DNA from: Octopus vulgaris
Lineage: Eukaryota
Reading direction: 5' to 3'
DNA: 64,000 nucleotides
NCBI GenBank assembly: GCA_951406725.2
Contig: OX597815.1
Location: 156,550,001-156,614,000, forward strand
Position 1 is the first letter of the stretch; the number at the start of each line of letters is the position of its first letter. This document shows positions 43,571-57,260 of the stretch, piece after piece. The notes under the pieces are model-generated. The model had not been told where the DNA came from and searched no databases. It saw nothing but the letters and a program-made list of their open reading frames with translations. Made by a program: the position numbers and the translations under genes.

Positions 43571-43766
43571 TGCGATTTGTTTTTAACAAAGGACTCTACA
43601 AGTAAAGACAAACTCATAATCACAAAGCTTTTAATATTAGAAGGGAAGATTAGTTTCTATTCCACAAATTTGATCATATCTTTGAATGTCTCGATCTCGT
43701 AGAAAAATGCGTGTATCCGAAAACATTGTAAAGGATATAGTGTTCAGAATGATATTCACCAGAGAC
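43571..43766 (-). other. 5'UTR portion of the ankyrin-gene exon
   Basis: Lies between the polypyrimidine-AG acceptor (43767-43790) and the ATG at 43570. Confidence 0.6.
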
Positions 43767-43900
43767 CTGTAATAGAAATAAAATAATGACATCAATAAGA
43801 CTTAAAAATGCACAATGTAATTCATAAAATTCACAAATTTGCTATATTCAGGGTGCATGTCGCTTTGAACATGAGTCATTTAAAAATTTCTAAAGTATAA

Positions 43901-44900
43901 CACTGGGAACAATTTTGAACATAATTTCTGATGAGTTGGATTTTTTACTTTATTTAGACTAAAATTGGCATGCTGATTTCAAGCCTGCAGACAACTTTCT
44001 TCTATCATTCCATGTTTTTGTTTTTCTTATTCTCTGAATAAGCACAATTGTATTGTTTGTCCATAAGTAATAGGACTGGTCATCTGATTGATTTTATTCT
44101 GCTTTTGATAAGGAGTGAAAAGTTTTCACATCTGATGATTTAGGTTGAGCTTTGAAAAGCATGTCAGCCTAGCTGACATGGGGTTACGGTGCATAAAAAT
44201 TATATAATTGTGGCAAAGATATGAGAGTAACAAGTACTGTAGTGCAGAGAGTTCGAAGTTAGAGATCAGAGATCATATTTGTGCGGTAAAGGAGAGATTA
44301 CAAGGCTTTGATGTAAGTGAACTTGTGCTTTGAAGTATGGAGAGATTTTGTCCTGATATCTCAAGCCTAAGTTTCTTCCCTGTTCTATTTTTTATGGAGT
44401 ATTTGTGTGAATGTATGTATGGTATATTTGTATGAGTGTACATGTATGAATATTCATTTTTGGGTGAATCCCCAAATATTTATCTGCCATAGTAGTTACA
44501 GGCTCATGTGGCTGCTCTATATAACTGATTATTATTGTATTATGCAAACAATGCATTAAATCTGTATACAAGGTGTTAGCAGACCTTATGTAAGCATTTT
44601 TGTTTTGTTTCTCTAAACTTGTGAGTGTTCAACTTTCTTTTTTTCTCAAACTTATTTATTTCCTTTTTCTTTCAGGTTATGTCCACCTCTGCTACTTCTC
44701 ATCGTAAGTGCCTGAACAGCTCTGAACATTTTTGCTATATCTGTGGTAGTTTTACCATTCCCAGTGAAAGTGCAAACATCAGCGCCTTGTGAAACAAAGC
44801 TATTTTGCACATTCTAAAGTAAAAGTTGGTTATCAAGACAAGTCTTGGGCTCTTCGCAAGATGTGCAGGGAACGGGGAACGTGTCGAGAAATTAAAGATG
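43901..44900 (+). mobile_element. 5' half of an LHIKLG-family DNA transposon (terminus + transposase N-terminus)
   Basis: CACTGGGAACAATTTT...GCATGCTGATTTCAA terminus resembles that at 7984. From 44679: MSTSATSHRKCLNSSEHFCYICGSFT...VKQSYF...VGYQDKSWA..MC, preceded by a ttcAG acceptor. Confidence 0.75.
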
Positions 44901-45849
44901 TGGACCGACCAAGGACAATGTTGGCATCCGTATATCTATGATATGGTGGGAGTCGTTAGATCATTGCAGACCCTGTTAAATTTCTTTAGAGAAAACAAGA
45001 TACAGACTAAAGAAGCTACGTATTTATTTAGTCTTTAACCACAAACTTGTCCGGAATTTTGGGCGGAAAATAGAAAAAAACAAATACTTGTAAAGATAGG
45101 TATGTCATAAAAGGATAACCTTTGATAACTACCCATCTCTTGAATCTGTTATCGTATCACTTAAAAATAAAACAGTGACATATGTTCTCTTCTTTCTTAA
45201 CGCAGTAGAATAACAAGCGCTGTCACCTTACATATTTAATTTCATATATATAATATCACAACCACTGTCTTTACCCTATTGCTTTTCGAGTTATTAAACT
45301 AACAAATTTACTTACACGCATGTATATATACATACATATACATTTATTCGGCACAAATGTACATACATGAGTATATATGTATTTATATCTATCCAAACAT
45401 ACACTCACACTTTTCCTTCTCATGAATGCTGCACCTATTTACGCTACCCTGCTATTGAAACCTAATCACGCTCATATAATAATCTTTTTTTCTTATTTCT
45501 ATCTTTTCATTTGGAATTATGACTTTATACTTAAAAGAGGAATTTAATTTTGAAGAGTAAACTTATACGGTTTCTTCGTACAGATCTATATAGTTCTACA
45601 AATCACAATATGTTTATTCGCATATAATAATACTACTACAGAAATACATTCCGTATTCATTACACCCCGTAAGCGCATATATATGTATGCCTAATGATAA
45701 ATCTATCTAAGAACCGTTTAACGTTTAACAAGACATTACACATATACAAACTATTATGCAATCATATTATATATATGTACATCAATGTAATACTACTACT
45801 AATAAAAATACAAAAATTACTACTAATAATACAAAAACAATAATTACAT

Positions 45850-47325
45850 TTATAAGTAAATAAATAATTGATTAATCATAAGTAACGAAGGTTTCTTCCA
45901 AATTCCAACGCTGAGCTTTAAGTCTACATTTTTAACAATTACATTTTTAACAATTTCAGAGCGCTTGTTAATAGTTAAATAAGATGCGTAGTGTCTCTTC
46001 CAGGCATATGTTACACGATTCCGAGTGTACATTATACGGGTAAGCGTTCTCTACCACTAACCAAGTCATGCTGCATTGCATTGCTTTTTTGTTTGAGCTT
46101 CTAGATCAGGCTAGAGAGTTATGTGCCTTGTCTTTTGCCGATGTTCCTAAATGATGCAAATAGGATTCTCCGGCGATTCTTGAAATAGTGGCTTGTTGCA
46201 CCTAAACATACATATTCATATGCACTCATTCTGACAATACACGTGTGTACAATGTTTGGGAGAGGACATGCTTTTCTATCTACAATTACAATTTTACTGT
46301 ACTATTTTCCAACTAGATTACTACTTAAATTCTTTTATAAATTTTTGTTCTTAGTGGCACCGTTGTTCTTATTATTGTTATATTCGTTGTTAACATTCTT
46401 GTTATCCCCAACGTCATTATTATTAGTGTTTACCTCATTCACATCGTTATTTATATCATCTGTGGTATTATTACTTGTGTCGGAATCAAATGGACTGTCT
46501 TGATTATGCCTTCCACGATTATAGTTATCCCTATTTGCGAGATTCTCGTTGTCTTGCATCATAGATTTAGCATTTGTGATTGCTTGACTCGGTTCTTTAT
46601 TTTCCTGTTTATGAATATGGGATGCCAGAAGTTTTGAGGTTGTATAGGACAGTTTCATGATATGCCTATTAGCAATTTTGTATTAGTATCTAGATTTAAG
46701 GAAATGTTTATCTAATGCAGAGAAACATTCCCGAGCAATTTTAAACGATACATATAACCCAAATACCACCTTTTGTTTTAGATTCATTATCTGTTTAAGT
46801 GTAATAGTTGTAGTACATGGTGAAATCATGAAGATAAGAATTCAAGTTAGATTTTTTTATTCCTATTTCTAATATTATTTCTATATTATTTTTTTTTAAT
46901 TTTCAGTCCTATTTTTTCCACTAACCAAATACTATTTTAAACATAAGCCTTTCTTTTCTGTAATTTCAACATAATCACCTTTTCTTTATTTACGTTCTTT
47001 ATGTTCATTATCAGTCTTACCTCTATATAATGTTGGCGTTGTTATTTTTATTTTTATATTGATTAACTATACTATTCTTAGGTATATATTTAATATTTTC
47101 AGTGTATTCTGCACCAGCTAATACTGTATTATAATATTCTGCGTATGAGCTGAATATTACGTCATTTGCAGAAAGCCTTGATATTCTATTTCACACACTT
47201 TTCACTATTCCGTTTATTACTGAATGTGGATGATACGATTCTTTGCAGACATATCTTAGATTTTTCGTTAGGTTTATGGTATAGCCCGTATAAGCCGGTA
47301 TTTAAATTAAGCGTTACATCTAGAA
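45850..47325 (-). mobile_element. Penelope-like element, 3' half (RT thumb, linker, GIY-YIG endonuclease), decayed
   Basis: FLDVTLNLNTGLY..YHKPN; SYHP.SVI..IVKS..NRISRLS; ALDKHF..KLSYTT; ACPL..LGATS.YFKNR..SF.N..T.LS..MTW.VVENAYPY...CNICLEE. Confidence 0.85.
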
Positions 47326-47543
47326 ATATGTACACACACACACGCACACACTCACACACGCACACACACGCACACACACACACACACACACATACACACA
47401 CATATATAAATATATATACGAATATGTATATTATTTGTTTTGCTTGTTTCAGCTATTGGAATGGTGCACCACCTTTAAAGTCTTTTAGTTGAACAAATCG
47501 GCCCCTGTTAAGTTCCAATTTTTAAAAGTCGCTTTTACTGGAA

Positions 47544-47578
<35 letters not shown>

Positions 47579-47864
47579 GCGCGCTTACACACACACCTAT
47601 GTATGTACGTATGTATAATATTACTAAATGTACTCTAAGTTACACTGAATCCCTTGCTCTCCATTCATATGCAACGGCAGACTGACAAATTCTCTAGAAA
47701 TCACATTTACCATGAAAAGATGCTTGCTTTGCATCATTTTAGATAAATTACAGTTCCTTTTCGGGGCTACCAAAATTGCTTCACTTCCCAAGTGTTTACA
47801 AACTTCCAATATGTCCCATGATAGAGCTACTATTCACTCATATGAGACAATGTATCCAATGTGC

Positions 47865-47936
47865 AACACACTAGTACTGCACACTAGTCCAGTGTGCTAC
47901 ACACTAGTACTGCACACTAGTCCAGTGTGCTACACA
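47865..47936. repeat. 33-bp tandem duplication rich in ACTAGT palindromes
   Basis: acacactagtactgcacactagtccagtgtgct x2. Confidence 0.85.
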
Positions 47937-49537
47937 CGAATCACCAAACACTGATAGGTATCGTTGGTTTCAAATAATCATACAGAAAATCGAAATATAT
48001 TTGACTTTATTTCACATTCCACGTAAAATAAATAAATAATTAGTTTATTTGTTTTCTATACCTCTAAAAAAGAATTACGATTTATTTAAGACGATCGAAA
48101 AACTGATGAAATTTATAAATCGGAATAAAAAAAGAATTTAATAAAAAATCTATAATTGTAAAACTGACGAGTAAGGAAAGTTTTCTCCTGATTCTCATTA
48201 CTGAGCAAAAAGAGAATTGTTTCAAGTTTACAATGTTCAATTTTAAATCAAGAATATATGATAAAAAGATAATAAGAAATTGTTTGACAAAAGTAAACTG
48301 AATTTATTAGCACCCTCTCGTTGTTTCCATCTAAGCTGGAACGAATAATTAAAACATTATTGTTAATTAAAATTGTAATAACCATTAAAATGGATTTTTA
48401 ACATGATTTTATTCATTTCTACGTATTTTTCTTCCTTCTCTGTCTTTCTCCTCTTCATACTTTTTTTTCAGCATTTCATCATTATTATTAATATTGTTTT
48501 TATATAGGGCGTTGGATTGGCTAATTCGATACAACATCGACCAAATTATTTTATTTATAATCTTTACATTCCAAGTTCAAATTTTACTGAAGTATAGTTG
48601 TTGTCTTTTCTGAATACCTAGCTCAATAAAATATGTACCAATTAAGGTGGAACCAGTAGAACAATTAAGAAATATCTCTAAGAAGAGAAAATGATCACTA
48701 TTAGCGTGAGGCATTGTTCCTATGTCAGAAATCCTTCATAATTGCTCCAACTTGGTGGTATCATTGTTATTTATTGTCAAGCACCAACAAATAGGATCCA
48801 TGTCTGCTATCTCAGTGGGATCATAATGTTTATGAGAAATTATTGTTGTTTAAAAAGCAGCACTTTTACGAGCACGTGTATTTTATACGTCACAAGAGAG
48901 AAAGAAAACAAATAAAACCTTTTAAGATTCCAGTTACTCATTTCGGAAAAAAATAGTAGAATAGAACATGTATGTGTGCGCGTGTAAATGTTAATATTGC
49001 TGCCTGGTTACAGTCAGCGTGTTGTTGACACGATGACCGCCATCGAAAATAACATAATATGAATAGTAGTCAAACATGAAAAGTTAGTGGACGCCGAAAG
49101 CCGAGATATGTCAATAGCTGAAGCTATAGGGAAAGGTGTAGAGTCATTAAGTATGCAAAAACAGTGAAAAAGAGAAAGAGAAACTAACAGAATAGAATAG
49201 AGGGAATGTACATAAAAACTCTAATAATTCGCTACAGTAATACATCGTATCATTGCTAACTCCGTTAGAAATAAAATGGCACTATACACTTGCATTAGCA
49301 AATCTGCTCACTAAGTAGTCGATATGCCGAACAAAGAGACAGATTTGCTATAGTTGTTTATGTCCAACTCTTATCATGCGAACTTGTAAAGATATCTAGA
49401 ACTACATTAACTAAACCGTCATTTGCTTATTTAAGACGGGATGGTGTAATTTCAAAATGATTTGGCTTCTATTTTTATTTCCTATCAGGCTGTGTGACGA
49501 TATAGTCGTTCACTCGCTGAATCAAGAAAGAGATTTA

Positions 49538-51715
49538 CACTGGCGAAAATAAATTGAAGACCGATAATAAAAGTTCTATTTCTTACAAAATATTTTGTTA
49601 CTAACACCATACAAATTATTTATATCTTTTATATATTTTATGCAGAATTTCTTTCTTTCGAATGATGCAGACAATAACTATTTTTATACAACTTGGAATT
49701 CTAATGCTAAATTAATAGAAACGTTTCAAATTTACCGGCAAAATTAGTTTAAGACCATGTAATATGTATGCAAATTTTTTTGTCAAAATGGGTAGTCACA
49801 TAACTAGCCTAACTGCACTATATAGTGTTATAATTTATCGTTATTATACAATTGATTAATATTGGGAAAACAACGTAGCCTCAGTCCAATCACGAGAGCA
49901 AACATCGTATTACTCAACCAGCAAAATGCTTCCTTTTTGAACATCAGCAAGCAACTAAAGTGCAGTGAAACGGCTTGCGTGCAAGCGTAGAAGTTATACT
50001 CGGAGACTGGTCAATATAAAGATCGGTAAAAGACTGGCGCCCCAAGAAAAACGACGACGTAGTTGGACCGTCGAATCCACCGACTTTCGGAAGGCAACCG
50101 AATGCTGACAGCTGTTGACATTTGTAAACAATTGTCCAAAGAGAATGGTGTTGTTATTTTTACACCACAAACCGTCCGCCACCATTTGAGAGAATTTGGA
50201 CACGTGGACGAATCGCTAGGAAAAAGCCAATAATATCCGAAAGAAATCTACTGAAACGCTTTAATTTCGCAAAAAAACATGCTCAATGGACTGCTGAAGA
50301 TTGGTGCAGGGTCCTTTAGAGTGACGATTCACGTTTCTGTATATTTAGATCAGGTGGTAAAACATACGTCAGACGTCGCCCAACCGAGGAATTCCATCCG
50401 AAATGCGAGAAAAGGACGGCGCAAGTGGGGGATGGGGATGTGATGATGTGGGCGGCATTTAGTAGTTTTGGTGCTGGCGCTCTAGTTAAAGTTGATGGAA
50501 AGCTAAATAGTGTAGGTTATATGAATCTATTAAAGGATAATGTTGTGCCATATCTGACTAACCAAATGCCTCCGGGGGCTATTTATCAGCAGGACAATAG
50601 TCCTGTGCACAAAGCCAAAAGGGTTATGGAATTTTTTGATCATCATAATATTGACGTAATCGAATGGCCTACCCAGAGCTCGGACCTGAATCCGATCGAG
50701 AACTTGTGGCATTATGTTTCCAAAAAAGTCTATGCTAAAAAAAAACATCTAATCTAAAAGAATTATTCGATTATAGCAATGAAATATGGCAAAACATTCC
50801 CATAGAATTTTGTAATCACTTAGCGAATTCAATGCCGAGGCGTTGTTCAGTAGTTATTAAGAAGAAAGGCTACGGCACAAAGTACTAATATGTATTTCGT
50901 TCTTGTTGCTCATTTTTGCTACAATCTTACGCTTGGATCTTTTCCGTTTGACTGGCAGATTTTTAAAATAATTTCTTTGTTACTAAACACGTTTAAACTT
51001 CGTATACTGGTAGAATGTGTCACATAAAACATCTTTTTCTCTTGGCGTTCTTGAGAAAATTATGTAGTTTGTAAGCTATTTCTTGTTTAATTTCTTGTAT
51101 TTCGGCAATTTCAACCAATCAATGACGTCTATTGAGATGAATACAATTACTGCTGTTGCTTGCCAGCAAGATCAACAACAACCTCCGGCGGTGTCTATTT
51201 CGAGATCGATACTAGGGTTATAATTATGGGTGGACACTAAATGAGAGAACGGTTTTGTTATCCAGCTCTGTTTACGAGTGACCCATCAGTTTATGGCCAT
51301 AAAATGTTTATATTTGCAGCTTATTTACATTTCTGAAGAAAAAAGATACCCTTCCCCCACCCCTAATCCTAGCCCTAACCCCATATATATAAAAAAAAAT
51401 TAAAATTTTACAGAAAGTGGCAATCTTCTTCTTCAAATGTAAACAAATACACGTACCGCCGGAAGTTGTTGTTGAACTTGCTGGCAAGCAACAGTAGTAA
51501 TTGTATTCACCTCAATAGACGTCATTGATTGGTTGAAATTGCCGATTCTTATAGTTCTTTCATTTTTTTATTTAGTCTTTCAGACAATTTAATAAAATAG
51601 ACTTTGCAACGTTATTTGAGTTTGATGATTAGATTTAATTGCGCTGAATGAAACATGGGCCAACTTACCAATTTTACCTCCAGTTGATAACAACGAAATA
51701 TAATTTGCCAGAGTC
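49538..51715 (+). mobile_element. Tc1 (DD34E) transposon, decayed, right end interrupted by a foldback element
   Basis: TA|CACTGGCGAAAATAAATTGAAGACC left end with an inner repeat at ~49735. Transposase ~49862-50888 has SDDSRF, QQDNSPVH and SSDLNPIENLW, with 34 residues between D and E. Right boundary approximate. Confidence 0.88.
51100..51545. mobile_element. Foldback/MITE with 91-bp terminal inverted repeats and central CCCTAA-like repeats
   Basis: 51102-51192 is the reverse complement of 51455-51545 with few mismatches. An additional inner IR pairs ~51322-51349 with 51419-51446. Confidence 0.88.
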
Positions 51716-51773
51716 GCATACAGTAGATAGAACTGATGGACAGTCGCTTTACTGATTTCGTTTTCATTCGCAA

Positions 51774-51992
51774 CTCTTTTACTTGTTTCAGTCATTTGAC
51801 TGTGGCCATGCTGGAGCACCGCCTTTAGTCGATCGAATCGACCCCCAGGACTTATTTTTTGTAAGCCTAGTATTTATTTTATCGTGCTCTTTTTGCCGAA
51901 CCGCTAAGTTACGGTGACGTAAGCACACCAGCATCGGTTGTCAAGCGATGTTGAGGGGACGAACATAGATACACAAACATATACACACACAT

Positions 51993-52051
<59 letters not shown>

Positions 52052-52216
52052 TATACGACGGGCTTCTTTCAGTTTCCGTCTACCAAATCCACTCACAAGG
52101 CTTTTATCGGCCCGAGGCCATAGCAGAAGACACTTGCTGAAGGTGCCACGCAGTGGGACTGAACCTGGAACCATGTGTTTCGTAAGCAAGCTACTTACCA
52201 CACAGCCACTCCTACT
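51774..52216 (-). mobile_element. Full-length composite tRNA-SINE with internal microsatellite
   Basis: High similarity to 32563-32993. Confidence 0.88.
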
Positions 52217-54229
52217 GTTATTTATTGTTACACATAGGTCGGAATGCAATCCTAGATACACATCTTATCAGATTAGGTTGCTACAGCGTCCTTCTTTGCT
52301 ATGCTACATCGGACTGGAAGTCTTATCTAGGTAGGATTTATATAAGCTTAAGGCACAAAACTGGCACAAAACTGGCATGAATATGATGCAATAAATGTAG
52401 ACTACACATTTTATTTAGATATAATATTTATGAGATGAATAGAAAAGTAATCATCAAGCAATCCGAAGTTCAAGCCTGTTTCCATCACAGAATGCTAATT
52501 AAAGAGGCCATATTAGATAAAATAATTAAAAGAAGTCTTGATATATATTAGTCTTAATACAGCGTGCTTAAAGACCAGCTGACCACTCTAATTGAAAAGA
52601 AGAACCTGGTGGTAAAGAAATTCAGGTAAGAGGGAGAATGAGATGTTAACATCTGAAAAGTAAGCTGAAATTTTTTTTTTTTACTTGGAGGGAAGCACAA
52701 TTAGATATATGGGCACTTAGATTAATGAGAACTTACACACTCTATTGTTTTTGTCTTTTATGCTATGCATACATATATAGTGTTATCTGTTATAGCTGAA
52801 ATCAAGTCGGAAAGAATAATTGTTGGCTATGATAGAGTATATTAAATGATTGTGGTCCAAAAATTTTCTGGTGAATCCAGAGTGAGAATCGTGATACAAG
52901 ATACCAGACAAATCGATTCATGTTCCGAACCCCATACTTCAGAGATTTTTGAGGCCCGAGAACTATGATGTCAATTACGGTTTTTAGAAGAAAATGTAGA
53001 TTATGTGATGTAGAGAATCAACTAAATGAGATGAAGAAAAATATCCTGAGTAAAATGGCATCTCTGTCGTTGTGTTTGATCTCATAAATTAGACGGAATA
53101 GAAAAGTTTCTCGACAAAATTTATTTAGGTGCCGATCAAAATAGAGTCTCTGCATGTTATCAGAATCTCTAAGCAAGCTGTGTGAACAGCAAGGTTGAAC
53201 GTTCTGGCGGAAGATTTACTGCAACCATCGAAAACGTCTCTTCTTTGATCGTGTGTCTATTCAATTAGTGTTGATCTTAGGCTAAAGAGAAACGTCATTG
53301 ATAGTAATTCTCCTATTGTTAAATACTGTTTAATGAGGCGAAAAAGAATAGCAGCGACTCGTCATCAATATTGTTAATATAACTTATATTTAATGAAATT
53401 CAATCTTACACTTCTTGTTTATCTACAGCAGTCAATGGTGAGGTTTTCTCATAACAAACAACACACAGACGAAATTTGAATTTTCTTATTTTAATTAAAA
53501 CATAAAATCTTCTTTTCTGTTCAAATGGCTGTTTTATAGTTCTGATAAAAAATCAATTCCATAAAATAACGTACCAGTCATCTACTGGAACTGATTTTAA
53601 TCAATTGATGCACCCCATCCAAAATTGCAGGCATCGTGCTTCTGTTAAAACACATCTTTTAATCACCACCACCAACACCACCATCATCATTTTCATCATC
53701 ATTATTATTATTGTGTACTTTCGAGCTCGTAAGTTGTTCCTGAATTTTGTTGTGAAAAAAAGTAATTTTGTTTTCTCTGTTGTTAAGCTAACCAACATTC
53801 TCTGAGACTAGTTGGTTATGTGAAATGTTTTGCATCTTTTTGTGGTTTTTAAAACTTTTTAATAGAGAAATTAGAAATTAAAAGAAAATATGGCTTCGCA
53901 AATCCAGAGGGCATTTAGCTACTCCAGCAGTCAATACAATTGTAATTTCTCACATAAAATGCTCAAAACTACAATAACAATGCCAACAAAAACAACAGTA
54001 CAAATGAAATCAACGTTGATGAAACGGTGTGTGAAAACAAAACTACCACCGCTACCATCAACGAATTCTGACTGAAGCAGCAACAATGAGCATGGAGACC
54101 ATAGCAACACCAACGAGCATGAAAAACAGAAAGAAGAAAACCGAATTGTCGATTAAACACACCTGAAAATCCCACTTCTGCCACCATCACCACCATTAAC
54201 AATGTCAGGTTTCTGAAGCCTGATTTGAT

Positions 54230-55420
54230 GGTCACACTGAATCATTACATCCCACAAGATTTTGAAATCTTCATTCTCAGTAACTCCTTCCAAAATATTG
54301 TCATACCACATCTTCAATGTGTTTCTTTAAATTTTGTCATACCACATGTTCTTTCAAAGTTTCTGTTTCTTCCCACAATTATCAATTCTAATGATGTCAC
54401 ACTTCTTCACATGTTTCAGCAATGGTTCCACTGCATTCTTGACATACCATCCTAAGTCATTTTCCACTGCTTCAACACAATCCCGACAACTGAACAAACC
54501 TCTCCTAATTCTTTCTTCTGGACAAGTACAACCTGTCAGTTGGGATGGAATGCTCCGTCCACTGTCAATATTTTCCGTGTAGTTTTATCCATACTCATCA
54601 ATTCATTCTTTTGCAAATTTATGATTCCAGCTCCATACCGTAGCGATGTTATCGCTCATGTATTTACTGCTTGGATCATATTCCATCCCGTCAATTTTGA
54701 GCGAAACACTAATCTTAGTCTTCGGAAATATTCTTTTCTCAATTGTTCTTTCATTTCCTTCTCCATGATTTCACTGAACTCTAGTATGCCAAAGTATTTA
54801 TCGTCTTCCTTTTCAATGTTTCACCACTTCTCTATTTGATATTTCTATCCTTGGCAGGGACTGTACCTTGCCTATTTTCAGTTTCACTATACCACTCTTC
54901 TTAAGTTCGAATTCCATATTAATATCAGCACTAAAACAGTGGACCGTGTTCACCAAGGAACTCATTTCTATCTCATCTTTGCGATTCAGCATCAAATCAT
55001 CTATGAAGAGGAAATGGTTGATTCTTTGAGTTTTCCTTTGAACTGATATTCCAGGTTCACAATCCTCAGTACGAAGGTCAGAGGGTTCATCACACAAGGT
55101 ACAAAAAGCAACGAAGGTAAGCTATCTCCTTCAAATACTTCTACCTATGTCCAGGATGCCCAAGCTTTGTTCGTGCGATGTCAATTCAGTTTTCCAACCT
55201 ACCAAACTTCTCTTCAGGAAACATGTTACATTCCTTGCAATTCCAAACATATCTAAGTACTCAATGATCTATGAATGTGAAAAATATCGTAAGCTTCACG
55301 GTAATGAATCCAGATCATTCCTAAATTTGTCTTCCTTCGCTTACAAACTCACATTACCATTTTGTTTGTTAATAATTGGTCTTTAGTACCTATGCATCTC
55401 CTACTAGGAACTTTCTGATC

Positions 55421-55421
<1 letters not shown>
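54230..55421 (-). mobile_element. Older Dong/R4-type LINE fragment (RT region)
   Basis: INHFLFIDDLML, SLVNTVHCFSADINMEFELKK; 5' junction in (TAA)n at ~55422. Confidence 0.8.
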
Positions 55422-55502
<81 letters not shown>

Positions 55503-55645
55503 GTTGTTGTTGTTGTTGTTCTTATTATTGTTGTTATTATTATTATTGTTGTTGTTATTATTGTTATTGTTGTTGTTGTTGTTGTTGTTCTTCTTCTTCT
55601 TCTTCTTCTTCTCCTTATTATTATTATTAGTGTTGTTATTGTTGT
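55422..55645. repeat. Compound (ATT)n(GTT)n(CTT)n trinucleotide tract
   Basis: Direct reading. Confidence 0.95.
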
Positions 55646-56230
55646 CGTCGCATGACATTGCAGGTGGGCCCAGTTAGAATTTCATTCAAGTTGAGTAGCC
55701 CATCCTGCTCAAAAGATCCCTGAATAAGGGTTAAGGATGTTGAACGAAACGACCATGTTTGCAGACGTGAATTATTCAAATCCCAAAGAATTCCTCTCAA
55801 TACATGGCTATGACGCTCCCCCAGTACTTCTGCTCGTGATCAGAGATGCATATATCGTCAGCCACCAAGGAACATGCTCAACTAGTTAAGTTCAACCAAC
55901 TGACAAGAATATCTGTGGTATTGAGTAGAATATTTGCTGTGGCCCATTTTTTACACCAAGATTAAGCATGAACATGATAGCACTTTATTATTACGATTAT
56001 TTATACCATCATCAACCTCATCATCATATCACTATTATTAACAGTGGTCGTTGACAGAAGAGTCAGAGCACCAAAGAAAATGCCATTTAGTTATTTAATT
56101 ACTATTCTTTCTGATCTCATTTAAATTTCGTCAGGAACAAGTTTGCCTTTCTACATTCCAAGGTCTTTAAAATGAATGAGATACATAAGCTTTCTGCCTA
56201 TAATTCAAATCATTATTAGAAATGCTGGAC

Positions 56231-56308
56231 TGCCAAACCGCCAAACTGCCAAGCCACCAAACCACCAGACCGTCAAACCACCAAACCACCAAACCGCCAA
56301 ACCGCAAA
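56231..56308. repeat. 8-bp minisatellite (CCAAACCR)n
   Basis: Direct reading. Confidence 0.85.
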
Positions 56309-56899
56309 GCCTGTTGCATTGCAGACATACCCTCTTTCACATTATCTTCAAATCTCGGGGGAGAGTCAACAGTTCTTTTAATTAATTAAGCCAACTTGAT
56401 AAAACAAATACCAATCAAGCAAGTCGGTTGATTAAACCCCGCTAGTTTAGTCTCGCATCCAACGCTTTTTATACCGTTTGGCTTGCAGGTCACTGTTCTG
56501 GAAGCTAGCAAAAATTTTAAAATAGCATCCTACATAAAGAACAGAGGATTAGTGTGTCAACTGTCACGATCAATGCTAATTAATGGCGATGATGTAAATA
56601 GAGCTATGTTGAAGTGGTAGGGGCAGGAGCCAAAAATAATCACGGTGAAACAATCAGTTGTTTTTATCTCTGTAACTATGACTAAATTTCCTGAAGTTAA
56701 GCATCTAGATTGACGACTTTCACTCTGTTGTCGTGTAAGAGTGCGAGAGAAGAACAGAGTGAAGAGACAGCGAGAAAGAAACAAAAGAAAGGAGAGTTCG
56801 TTGCTTCGTTGGCTGATTCTCGTGTGTGGTTCTTCGAAATACTTAATTCCCAGATCAGAAACCCGCCTACACTGCATTTTTTTACCTTTTTTCGTTGAC

Positions 56900-57110
56900 T
56901 TGTTTTATTCGTTGGGTTGTGGCCTTGCTGAGGTACCGCCTTCAAGAGTTTATGCGAACAAATTGACCGCAGTATTTGCTTAGTTTTTAAAGTCTAGTAC
57001 CTATTCTGTCAACTCTGTTATGCCGAACCGCTAAGTTACGCAGGCATAAGCAAATCATTATCGGTTGTCAAACAGTGGAAGGAGCAAACCCACAGTACAC
57101 ACACATACAT
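56900..57110 (-). mobile_element. Partial composite SINE (3' half)
   Basis: gccgaaccgctaagttacg...tcggttgtcaa segment as in other copies. Confidence 0.7.
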
Positions 57111-57195
57111 ATATACAATTATGTATACGTATGTGCGTGTGTGCGCGCTTGTATGCGTGTGTGCATGTGTGTGCGTGTATGCAAGTATATGTATA

Positions 57196-57228
<33 letters not shown>

Positions 57229-57260
57229 ATATATGAATTATTAGGGTAGTTATTCGTAGT

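Noticed and set aside
47624-47809. ORF with faint similarity to DD37D/maT transposase
   Set aside because: Too short and degenerate to support a call.
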